Below are positions 19,887-27,802 of a stretch of DNA of 64,000 nt, one piece after another (position 1 is the stretch's first letter; the number at the start of each line of letters is the position of its first letter). The translations under genes and the position numbers were made by a program. Source of the DNA: a virus; the IMG/VR virus record IMGVR_UViG_3300010397_000004, positions 1-64,000 of that record, one strand, 5' to 3'. The notes under the pieces were generated by a model. It was not told where the DNA came from, did not search any database, and saw only the letters and a list, made by a program, of their open reading frames with translations.

Positions 19887-20962
19887 AGGCCGGGGCCGTC
19901 GCCGCGGCCCTCGCCGCCGGCGCCACCGCCGTCCTCCTCGGAACCGCCGCCCTGTCCACCGACCCGGCCGCGTCGTCCACCAGCACCAGCCCAACGGTCC
20001 ACTGTGGCCCGCCCGCCGACCCGTCCGTGGCCACGGACGGCACGTTCACCGTGGTGCTGAACTGCCAGGGCCCGGCCCCGGCCGCGCCCACCACCGCTCC
20101 GCCCACGCCGACGCCGAGCGCGACGCCGACCACGGTTCCGACCACCGCACCGCCAACGACCACGCCCCCGCCCACGACGGCACCGCCGACGCCGTCGCCC
20201 GGCCTGAACGGCTGCCAGACCCGCCTCGCGGCCTGCGGGTTGCCCGATGCCACCTCTGCCGGCGTGCCGGCCGGGACCAAGCTGACGCCGATCGCGGGCG
20301 GGCTGACCGTCACCCAGCCCGGGGCGGTCATCGACGGGCAGGACATCTCGGGGTGCGTCGAGGTGCGGGCGCCCAACGTCACCATCCAGAACAGTCGGAT
20401 CATCGGTGCCGGGTGCTTCTACGCGGTCCGGAACTTCTCCACCGGCCTGCAGCTGCTCCACGACACCATCACCTGCGGCGGGTACAACGGCACCGGTGTG
20501 TCCGACAACGAGTTCGCCCTGGTGGCCAGCGACGTCTCCGCGTGCGAGAACGGAGCCAACGTCTCCAAGCCGGGGAACGTCACGATCCAGGACTCCTACA
20601 TCCACGACCTGGTCACGGCGAACGGCGCCCACACCGACGGCGTCCAGATCGGGCAGGCCGCCGCGCACCTGCGATTCCTGCACAACACGATCATCAACAG
20701 CGGCGGCCAGACCAGCGCGATCATCATGTGGGACGAGGGTGACCCGCAAAACTCCGACGTGATCGTCGACCGGAACCTGCTGGCCGGCGGGTCCTACACC
20801 CTGTACTGCCCGCGCAGCAACACCACGGGCATCCAGATCACCGGGAACCGCTTCGGCACCGGTGCCAGCTACGGGCCGTCCAACGGGTGCACCAGCGGCC
20901 ACGTCGCGGTCTGGTCGGGCAACGTCTCAGACAACAACGGGCGGGCGCTGCAGCCCGCCTGA
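19883..20962 (+). CDS. Secreted right-handed beta-helix (pectin-lyase-like) protein with Pro/Thr linker
   Basis: Signal-like N-terminus, PT-rich linker, NVTIQNS/NVTIQDSYIHD repeats, HTDGVQ. Confidence 0.75.
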   Translation: MKAGAVAAALAAGATAVLLGTAALSTDPAASSTSTSPTVHCGPPADPSVATDGTFTVVLNCQGPAPAAPTTAPPTPTPSATPTTVPTTAPPTTTPPPTTAPPTPSPGLNGCQTRLAACGLPDATSAGVPAGTKLTPIAGGLTVTQPGAVIDGQDISGCVEVRAPNVTIQNSRIIGAGCFYAVRNFSTGLQLLHDTITCGGYNGTGVSDNEFALVASDVSACENGANVSKPGNVTIQDSYIHDLVTANGAHTDGVQIGQAAAHLRFLHNTIINSGGQTSAIIMWDEGDPQNSDVIVDRNLLAGGSYTLYCPRSNTTGIQITGNRFGTGASYGPSNGCTSGHVAVWSGNVSDNNGRALQPA

Positions 20963-20980
20963 CCAAGCCAAAACGAAGCG

Positions 20981-21020
20981 GCCCCGCCACCGGCTCAGAC
21001 CGGGGGCGGGGCCCTTCCTC
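20981..21020 (+). terminator. Hairpin terminator at the end of the late operon
   Basis: gccccgccaccgg-ctcaga-ccgggggcggggc. Confidence 0.6.
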
Positions 21021-21112
21021 GTGCGCCCAGGCGGGTACGGTGGATCCAGGCGGCCGCCGGTGTAGTGGCCGGCGCGCCGCCGCCCTGTCCACTACCAGGG
21101 TCGGTGACAGCG

Positions 21113-22324
21113 ATGCCTCGACGAGTCCTACCGTTCGACCCGTCCATCGGCGAACGAGTCCGCGCACGACGCCAAATGCGCCGGTGGAGCATCCGCCACG
21201 CCGCCGGCCGCGCCGGCGTCGCACCCTCGACCTGGATGCGGATCGAACGCGGTGAGCTCCGCACCGACCGGTACATGATCTCGGACCTTGCCGCTGCCTT
21301 GGAGTGTTCCATCGCCGACCTGACCGGCCAGCCCATTCCCTCCAGCGACCGCAGCCTGACGGCCGCGCACGCACGCGTGATCGCGCTCTGGCGGGTCCTG
21401 GTCGAGGTGGCGCCGGACGAACCACCGCGCCGCCCGGTCCTCGCCATTCCAGCGCTGAGCGCCCGCATGGACCTGATCGACAGCCGCCGGGCCGCCTGCG
21501 ACTTCGCCGGGGTGGCCCAGCTCCTGCCGGACCTTCTCCTCGACCTCCACGCCGCCACTAGGGACCGCCGCCGCGGCCGCGCTGCCCGCCTGCTCTTTCT
21601 TCGCGCTACCTACTCGGCCGCCAGCACGCTGCGCAGCCTCGGATACCTGGCCGAGGCCACGATCGCGGCGGAGCGGTGCCGCCAGGTGGCTGAGCAGATA
21701 GACCAGGCGGTGCCGCTCGCTGTCGCAGACTGGGCCCGCGCCCACGTGGCCCTTTCCAGCGGTTCCTTCGGGCGCGCCCTGACCCTGGTCAGTCGGGCCG
21801 CGGACGACCTCGAGCGGAACCTCGAGGCACCGACGGCGCCCGAGGTGCTCGGCATGCTTCACCTGTCCACAGCCATGGCTGTCCTGGCCGACCATCGAAC
21901 TGACGACGCGTTCGCTCACATCAACGAGGCCGCCCAGCTGGCCGCTCGCACAGGAGAAACCACCAGCTGGAACATGTGCTTCGGCCCGAGCAACGTCGCC
22001 CTGTGGCGCATGGGCCTCGAGGTCGACACCGGACAACCGGCGGCAGCGATCGAAACCGCGAACAACGTGCGACCCGCCACGATCCCTTCCGTCGACCGGC
22101 AGTCCGCGTACTACCTGGACTTTGGTCGCGCGCTGGCAGACATCCCGGGCCGCGATCGGGACGCCGTGCGCATGCTTCTGCAGGCGGAACGCGTCGCTCC
22201 CCAGCGCATTCGGTCCTCCGTGTCGGCGCGGGACACGGCTCGCTTCCTACTCGACCGCAGCCGTCGCGCCGAGGGCGGCTCCGAACTGCTGGGCCTCTGC
22301 GAACGCCTAGGGGTGCACGCGTAG
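21113..22324 (+). CDS. XRE-family HTH regulator with long helical (TPR-like) C-terminus
   Basis: IGERVRARR..WS..AGVAPSTWMRIERG..LAAALECSIADL; FGPSNV and AERVAPQRIR motifs. Confidence 0.85.
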   Translation: MPRRVLPFDPSIGERVRARRQMRRWSIRHAAGRAGVAPSTWMRIERGELRTDRYMISDLAAALECSIADLTGQPIPSSDRSLTAAHARVIALWRVLVEVAPDEPPRRPVLAIPALSARMDLIDSRRAACDFAGVAQLLPDLLLDLHAATRDRRRGRAARLLFLRATYSAASTLRSLGYLAEATIAAERCRQVAEQIDQAVPLAVADWARAHVALSSGSFGRALTLVSRAADDLERNLEAPTAPEVLGMLHLSTAMAVLADHRTDDAFAHINEAAQLAARTGETTSWNMCFGPSNVALWRMGLEVDTGQPAAAIETANNVRPATIPSVDRQSAYYLDFGRALADIPGRDRDAVRMLLQAERVAPQRIRSSVSARDTARFLLDRSRRAEGGSELLGLCERLGVHA

Positions 22325-22334
22325 GCGAACTGGC

Positions 22335-22376
22335 GTTGCGTACTCGCAACAGCGCCGCGTGTTCTGCCCATAGCGT
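22335..22376 (+). promoter_or_regulatory. Palindromic operator GTTGCG-N4-CGCAAC and -10 (TAGCGT)
   Basis: Perfect inverted repeat centred about 41 nt upstream of the predicted start site. Confidence 0.45.
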
Positions 22377-22580
22377 TCTGTGCAGAGGCGCGGCGGTCCG
22401 GTACGCCCCGGGCTCTCGCCGCCGCGCCTCGCCAAGACGCCGTGGACGGTTGACCGGGGCCGACTCTGTGGCCCCCTGCAGGCCACCCCCCCTTGCGACG
22501 AGGACCTGGTCAACCTCCACGGCTTCTCGACCACATGGCCAACCGCGCACCGGCGGCCGGCCAGAGACGGAGAGCTTCTC

Positions 22581-22850
22581 ATGCAGTCCCGGCCAGCCTG
22601 GATCGTGCACCTACCGATCGACGCCACCACCCTCGAAGCGGCCCTCGAGGTCGCCTGCCGGGTCGCGTGGGCGGTGGCGAGGGAGGTCGATGAGGCCGAT
22701 CCGTATGGGACCGCGGTCGGGCTGGCCAACCCGACGACCATGCCGTCGATCGTGCACCCGGTGTACTGCAACCGGCCGGTCGGCAATCGGGTCTGCTGGC
22801 TGCGCCACCAGCACGTCGGCGACTGCCAAGCGCTCGCATCGCCCTCCTGA
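22581..22850 (+). CDS. Small Cys/His protein
   Basis: GGAGAG RBS; C-terminal YC..CWL..HVGDC. Confidence 0.55.
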   Translation: MQSRPAWIVHLPIDATTLEAALEVACRVAWAVAREVDEADPYGTAVGLANPTTMPSIVHPVYCNRPVGNRVCWLRHQHVGDCQALASPS

Positions 22851-23022
22851 CCTGACGATTGATAGTCGGACATCATCCGTTTGGGTGATGCCCGGCAGAG
22901 CGGTCGTTTAAGGCCGAGGCTGCCTAACCCCTCAGCGATCGCCCACAGTGGATGATCGCCCACCGGTAGACGGAGCCGGTCGGATAGGGGTGAGGCTGCC
23001 TACGACCTGAGCGATCGCCACG

Positions 23023-23054
23023 AGCGGGGGTCATCCGATCGGATGACCCCCGCT
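23023..23054. repeat. Perfect 32-bp palindrome
   Basis: agcgggggtcatccga|tcggatgacccccgct. Confidence 0.9.
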
Positions 23055-23096
23055 ATCTAATCGGGTGACCCCCGAACGATCGCCCCTGAAACGCAA

Positions 23097-23139
23097 GAAG
23101 GCCCCACGGCACCGGATCGCTCCGGGCCGTGGGGCCTTC
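23097..23139. terminator. Hairpin terminator between convergent units
   Basis: gaaggccccacggc..gccgtggggccttc. Confidence 0.7.
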
Positions 23140-23152
23140 CTGTTGTCTGCTC

Positions 23153-23761
23153 TCACACCTGCGGCGTTGTCGCCGTTAGCGGTTTCCCGTTCAGACCCGG
23201 CTTCGACGGCCCGGTCACCTGGGGCCCACTGCGGCCGACCGGGCGGGCCTTCCGAACTCGCTCCACCACCGTCGCGGGCGGGGCTGCTACCGGCGCCACC
23301 GCCGGCGGGGCTGGAACCGGTGCCGGCTCGACCGCCGGCTCGGCAGCGACCTGCTCGACCTTCGCAGAGAACGACGCGATCCTCGCGCCCAGCTCCACGA
23401 GGGAGACCGAGGCAACGACGATCAGGCCGTCGACCGTGAAAGGGAGAAGGTGCGCCGAGTCGTTGGTCTCGCCGTACCGGCCGGCCACGCCGACCATGTG
23501 CCAGTAGGAGACCCATCCGGCAATGCCCGCGATCACCGCGGTGGCGGAGATGCGGACAGCCGCGAGAAGCGGCCGGGATAGGGGAATCCGAGAGGTCAGC
23601 TCGACCGTTAGCAGGAAGGCCACAGATGGCCACGCTGCGATAACCTGGCTGATCGGGTTGTTCCGCGCGTGCAGGACATTCGCTGCCACCGAAGCAGCGA
23701 CACCGAGCGCCAAGACTAGGCGGACGGTCCAACGCAGGCGCTTGAGTTGACTGAGTTCCAT
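23153..23761 (-). CDS. DUF2637 / SpdA-like membrane protein
   Basis: Four TM segments; ASVAANV..AAWP..VSYWHM..PFTVDGLIVVAS; GGAGG RBS. Confidence 0.75.
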   Translation of the reverse strand: MELSQLKRLRWTVRLVLALGVAASVAANVLHARNNPISQVIAAWPSVAFLLTVELTSRIPLSRPLLAAVRISATAVIAGIAGWVSYWHMVGVAGRYGETNDSAHLLPFTVDGLIVVASVSLVELGARIASFSAKVEQVAAEPAVEPAPVPAPPAVAPVAAPPATVVERVRKARPVGRSGPQVTGPSKPGLNGKPLTATTPQV

Positions 23762-23928
23762 GGGTCCTCCTCGGGGATCCATGGACGGCCGCCGGTCGGC
23801 CGCCCCCGCGGTGGCCTCCGACGTGGACTCGCGGAGCCGGGCTCGACGCTTGTCCAATGTGGTGGTGAGTGGTGGTGGGCCTGACGGCCACGGCTCCGGC
23901 CGGTACGAGACCGACCGGACCGGAGGTG

Positions 23929-24141
23929 TCAGGAGTCTTCTGCGAGCACCTCATCGAGTGCCGCGATCACCGCTCGGTGCTCGTCCCACGACTCGACGTT
24001 GCGCATCAAGTGCATCGCCGAGAGTTCGGGGGCGATGTCCGGGTACTGCTCCCGGAACCTTCGCAGGTGGGCCAAGGCCGATTCCTTCGTGATGTCCTCG
24101 GTCTTGTAGGGCGTCTCGATCTGCTTGCGCTTGGCGGCCAC
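23929..24141 (-). CDS. Hypothetical protein
   Basis: Strong AAGGAGG RBS; protein-like composition. Confidence 0.65.
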   Translation of the reverse strand: MAAKRKQIETPYKTEDITKESALAHLRRFREQYPDIAPELSAMHLMRNVESWDEHRAVIAALDEVLAEDS

Positions 24142-24450
24142 GATGGCCTCCTTTCTTGGCCTCGCGGCCAGTGCCCCGCTGCGGTGTCGAACCGCTGCCG
24201 TCCTCTTGCGGGGTAGGTGCCGGGGATACGCTCCCGGCCGGCGATCACGGATATCGCTCCGACTCGGCTACTCCAGATTCGGCGGAATCCCTAGACACCT
24301 TCCACGGCGTGCCGTCCTTCGCCCCTCCGCGGGCGTCGCGGTCGCCGTGTTACCCGTCGGCGTCCCTGGGCGTCGATCACAGCTCGACGGCTAGGCTGGC
24401 ATTGCTGCGTGCCGGGTGGCCGATCTGTGAGCGCGCCACCCGGCGCCGTG

Positions 24451-24720
24451 CTAGTCGGTCACGCCCTCGCTCGGGCCGATCACCGTGAGCCAGAGTTCGT
24501 CTGGCCCGTGCCAGCTGGCACCGCAACCGTCGATGTCGATGGTGGCCACCTGTGGGCCGCGCCACCCGGGACCGAACACGCGCCATTCCTGGTGGAATGG
24601 TTCGGGTTCGCCGGTCGAGTGAAGCTCGGTCGGGTAGTCGGCGGCCCATAGGAGCGATGCCCACTGGCCGGCCTGGCGGTACTGCTCTTCGGTGCTCGGT
24701 AGATCAAGGCTTGTGTCCAT
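24451..24720 (-). CDS. Hypothetical protein
   Basis: Preceded by the conserved SD-hairpin repeat. Confidence 0.6.
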   Translation of the reverse strand: MDTSLDLPSTEEQYRQAGQWASLLWAADYPTELHSTGEPEPFHQEWRVFGPGWRGPQVATIDIDGCGASWHGPDELWLTVIGPSEGVTD

Positions 24721-24756
24721 GTCCGTCTCCCTCGGACTTGCCGTCCCCTGTGGACG

Positions 24757-24795
24757 GGAAAAGTGGGCGGTAGGGCCACGACAGCCCTACCGCCC
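24757..24795 (-). terminator. Intrinsic terminator
   Basis: gggcggtagggc / gccctaccgccc stem followed by ACTTTT on the minus strand. Confidence 0.7.
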
Positions 24796-24800
24796 GTGGA

Positions 24801-24977
24801 TCAGGAGTTGATCGCCTTGGGCTCGACCGGCCGCGCCTCTGCGGGAACGCCCTCTGCCACCATCCGGCGGTACAGGGAGTTGATGACGGCCCGATGGGTG
24901 TCGTTCTCAACTGTGATCATCAGATCTCCGATCCGCTGCACGGCCGCTCGCCAGCCCGCTGCGAAGTCCTTTTCCAT
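24801..24977 (-). CDS. Hypothetical protein
   Basis: MEKDFAAGW...; preceded by the SD-hairpin repeat. Confidence 0.6.
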   Translation of the reverse strand: MEKDFAAGWRAAVQRIGDLMITVENDTHRAVINSLYRRMVAEGVPAEARPVEPKAINS

Positions 24978-25013
24978 GTCGGTCTCCCTCCGACTTGGCC
25001 ATCCCTTGTGGAC

Positions 25014-25327
25014 TGACCTGTGTGGACCCGGAGGGAGTTGCACACCCCCTACGCCTGCGTCTTCCCGGCTGCCTTGCACCGTGCGCTGCGCTGCATCGCC
25101 TTGCGGCTTGTCTCGCGGTCCGTGGCCCGGGGCGCTGCCTTTCGGCTGCTGCCACGCCGGGCGGGTCTTGCGGTGAATCTATGTGGTGAGTGGGTATCCG
25201 CTGTTTCACATCTCCCGGGGGCTTTTCCCTGGCACCTCTCGGCGTCCGCTGCCCTCTCCGGCCCAGCTCCCCGCACGCGATTGCGTCATCGGTCGGCTTT
25301 GGTGTCGGCGCTTCCTCTTGTCTTGTA
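25014..25327 (-). ncRNA. Putative structured leader / ncRNA
   Basis: No credible ORF; several GNRA-capped hairpins; downstream of a sigma70-like promoter. Confidence 0.45.
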
Positions 25328-25332
25328 CCCCA

Positions 25333-25440
25333 CACGATACACGTCGACGTGCGTCGTGCCAACCCCAGGCAAGACGTGGAACTGTCGGGTACCTGACACG
25401 TCGACGTGCATCGTGTCGCACGCACGTCGACGTGTATCCT
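25333..25440. promoter_or_regulatory. Divergent promoters with three CACGTCGACGTG operators
   Basis: Palindromes at 25340, 25397 and 25423; leftward TTGGCA-17-TATCGT; rightward TATCCT 6 nt before ATG 25447. Confidence 0.75.
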
Positions 25441-25446
25441 GACCGC

Positions 25447-25737
25447 ATGGCCCGCCGGAAGCTCCACCGCGCCGACGTCGCCGAGCTCCTGGGCATCAAC
25501 CCCGACTCGCTCGGCCGAGCCAAGCTGCCCGAACGCGACGGCACCGACGTCGAGGGCTCGCACGCCCGCCCCTACTGGTGGTCGACCACCATCGACGCGT
25601 GGCTCGCAGCCCGGCCAGGCAAGGGCTGGCGCGCCGGCCGGCCCGGACCACACCCCAAAACGGCCGCTGCCGGGCCCGAGGAAACCTCGGACCCGGCAGC
25701 ACCCACCCCCCGGAGAAAGATCAAGCCTGCGCGGTGA
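25447..25737 (+). CDS. AlpA-like HTH regulator (leaderless)
   Basis: RADVAELLGINPDSL..LPERD..RPYWWSTTIDAW..RPG. Confidence 0.75.
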   Translation: MARRKLHRADVAELLGINPDSLGRAKLPERDGTDVEGSHARPYWWSTTIDAWLAARPGKGWRAGRPGPHPKTAAAGPEETSDPAAPTPRRKIKPAR

Positions 25738-25978
25738 CCTCCGGCGCGGTGGTGGTGGCGAGCTGGGCGCTGGCCGATCTGGCGTCACGGAGGCGCCGAG
25801 CCTGCTGCAGCAACCACGACAGCGTGAGTACGGTCTGCTCGAGCTCCGGAGCGGACATCTCAGCCAGTGAGGCGGACGCCTCGCCGCTGTTGCCGCTGAC
25901 GTGGTAGCGCACCGCTGCGCACATCAGCACCGTCGAGAGTTCTGGTAGCGGTGCTGGTTGAGCTGAGGGGCCGGTCAT
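25721..25978 (-). CDS. Hypothetical protein
   Basis: GGAAGGAA RBS before ATG. Confidence 0.5.
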   Translation of the reverse strand: MTGPSAQPAPLPELSTVLMCAAVRYHVSGNSGEASASLAEMSAPELEQTVLTLSWLLQQARRLRDARSASAQLATTTAPEVTAQA

Positions 25979-25980
25979 GG

Positions 25981-26262
25981 TCAGTTCCTTCCGGTGAGGA
26001 GTAGGCCGACGCAGGTGAGAGCGATACCCGCGAAGATCGAGGTGGCGGCCAGCCGCACCGGCAACGAGGCCGCGAGGCGGTCGTTGGTGCGGCGGGCGGC
26101 CCGGGCGGTGCGGTGCGCCCCGCGGTCGGTGTTGATGCGGTGACTGGACACCGCGCAGGCCAGTGAGTAACCCGCGACGATGACGAGAACAAGACCTGCG
26201 GCGCCGACGCGGATGATGATGGAAGCGTGCTGCACGACGGTGAAGCCTTTCGGGGAGGGCAC
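25981..26262 (-). CDS. Small membrane protein
   Basis: Two hydrophobic segments. Confidence 0.5.
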   Translation of the reverse strand: MPSPKGFTVVQHASIIIRVGAAGLVLVIVAGYSLACAVSSHRINTDRGAHRTARAARRTNDRLAASLPVRLAATSIFAGIALTCVGLLLTGRN

Positions 26263-26510
26263 GCGGGGCCGCAGCGGCTGAGCCCCCTCGCTGGCGGCCC
26301 CGCGTGAGATAACTCCCTCCTGTCTGAGGGCAGCACGACGCCGAGCGCATGCTGCCGCCGACCTTGGAGTGGAGGTGACGCGCCCCTGTCGTTGAGCAAG
26401 ACCCGGCAGGGACCCTAATGACCAGGAGCGAGGCGGTTGTACCTCGCCCCCGGCCGGGTCTGCCGGGTCCCCAAGTTGCCAAACCGGGAGTCACGGCTTC
26501 CCCGTCACAA

Positions 26511-26922
26511 AACCTATGTACACAGGTTAGTCAAAGTCAAGGGGCTAGCCGGCCCTTATCTTGCGTACACAAGATGCGGTGTGGTCGAATCTTCCTGCCA
26601 AACCGGGAGAAGAGAGCCATGGTGAGCAGGAAAGATATGATTGCGTCGATCAAGTTGAAGATCGACACAGGAGAGTGGGCGCCAGGGGCCAGGTTGCCCA
26701 CTACGAGCCAGTTGATGAGGATGTACGACGTTAGTCAGTCCACGGTGGCCAACGCGATGTCGACCCTGATCGAGATGGGTCTCGTCGTTGGGGTGGCGGG
26801 CGGGGCTCGCTACGTCGCCGAGTCGGCCGACGCCGAGGGCGGGGTCGGATAGAACGATTAGGTCGGCACAGAAGAAACCGCCCGATCGGTTAAAGGATAT
26901 CCGATTCCTAGGTACATAGGTT
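26511..26922. promoter_or_regulatory. Three GTAC-centred palindromes (26511-26528, 26560-26573, 26907-26922), probable GntR operators
   Basis: aacctatgtacacaggtt, cttgcgtacacaag and cctaggtacataggtt flank the gntR gene. Confidence 0.6.
26619..26852 (+). CDS. GntR-family winged-HTH regulator (DNA-binding domain only)
   Basis: IDTGEWAPGARLPT..L...YDVS..TV..AM..L..GLV..G.G.YV. Confidence 0.85.
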   Translation: MVSRKDMIASIKLKIDTGEWAPGARLPTTSQLMRMYDVSQSTVANAMSTLIEMGLVVGVAGGARYVAESADAEGGVG

Positions 26923-26996
26923 AGCCGATCATCCGGTAGTCTGCAGGTCACGCAGCGGCGTAGAACGGTGACTCTGCAACAAACTTCTGGATCGGG

Positions 26997-27419
26997 GTGG
27001 CGACGTTGACAACGGTGTTTGCGCGTTTTGCCCGACATGCCCATTGGGCCGCCGCCGCGTGCGACGGCGGCCTTCTGGGGTACGGAATTATCGCTATCCG
27101 GGATGACCGGTCAGATGTCCTACCCCTCACGGTGCTGGCCATTGCGGCTGTCTCGCTCACATTCTTCGCGGTACGGCACGCTCTCAGGCGCCGGCGGCAG
27201 TGGCAGGCCGAGCGCGCCAGGCGCCTCGCCGCCATGGCACAGGAGCGGGCCCGCCAGCAGGCCATCGCGGAGGCGGACACGCAGCTGCTGCCGGTGTTCA
27301 TCCCGTACCCGTCGCCACCGACCTATGTCTCCCTGCGCAACACCGCAGACGACGAGTTGCGGATGGCGCTGCGGCGCGACCTCGAGACGACGGGGGACAT
27401 CAGTCTGACTCCCCGCTGA
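26997..27419 (+). CDS. Membrane protein
   Basis: Two hydrophobic segments and a basic coiled coil; start uncertain. Confidence 0.5.
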   Translation: MATLTTVFARFARHAHWAAAACDGGLLGYGIIAIRDDRSDVLPLTVLAIAAVSLTFFAVRHALRRRRQWQAERARRLAAMAQERARQQAIAEADTQLLPVFIPYPSPPTYVSLRNTADDELRMALRRDLETTGDISLTPR

Positions 27420-27432
27420 CGGCGGCGGGGTT

Positions 27433-27516
27433 GAGGAGGCCGGGCCCCGATCGGGCCCGGCCTTCCTCTATGTCCGTACACGGCGAAGGCCGGCACCCGT
27501 TGGGGTGCCGGCCTTC
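27433..27516. terminator. Two tandem hairpin terminators left of attP
   Basis: gaggaggccgggccc..gggcccggccttcctc and gaaggccggcaccc..gggtgccggccttc. Confidence 0.7.
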
Positions 27517-27538
27517 TTCATTGGCGTTCGCCTATGCA

Positions 27539-27802
27539 TCCGGTAGCAGGCCGGTAGCAAAACGGCCCCGACCGGGGGCGACAGGCCGAGGCCGGTCGAC
27601 CGCCGTTCGCGCAGGTCAGGGGCCCGTCCTGTCTGGCCCTGTCTGTCCCGTGGCGCCGGGCTTGGGATTAGAAGTCCGTCGCTCTATCCGCTGAGCTACG
27701 GGCGCGGGATGTGCAAACGTGCTGGTCAAGACGCTCTCGGTCGGAACTGAAGGATCTTAGCGCCCCGTCCGGTAGCAGACTCGGTAGCAGAACCGGTACC
27801 GG
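27539..27802. mobile_element. attP: attP with integrase arm-type repeats (CGGTAGCA pairs at 27539-27562 and 27768-27790)
   Basis: Direct-repeat pairs on both sides of a tRNA-derived core, next to int. Confidence 0.8.
27665..27705 (-). other. attP core: 5' half of tRNA-Arg(UCU)
   Basis: Minus strand GCGCCCGTAGCTCAGCGGATAGAGCGACGGACTTCTAATCC: acceptor 5' strand, D arm and TCT anticodon loop; tRNA pattern stops after the loop. Confidence 0.88.

Larger units (their letters stand above)
24716..25013 (-). repeat. Two copies (24716-24755, 24973-25013) of a ~40-nt start-associated element
   Basis: gtccacARGGGAyGGC(c)AAgtcSgAGGGAGAcSgacATGGA on the minus strand. Confidence 0.8.

Noticed and set aside
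22916-23020. Mini CRISPR array
   Set aside because: Only two degenerate repeats, no internal repeat hairpin and no cas genes; kept only as an unexplained repeat cluster.
27630-27705. Complete tRNA-Arg gene
   Set aside because: The tRNA pattern ends just after the anticodon loop, with no T arm or acceptor 3' strand; it is an att core.
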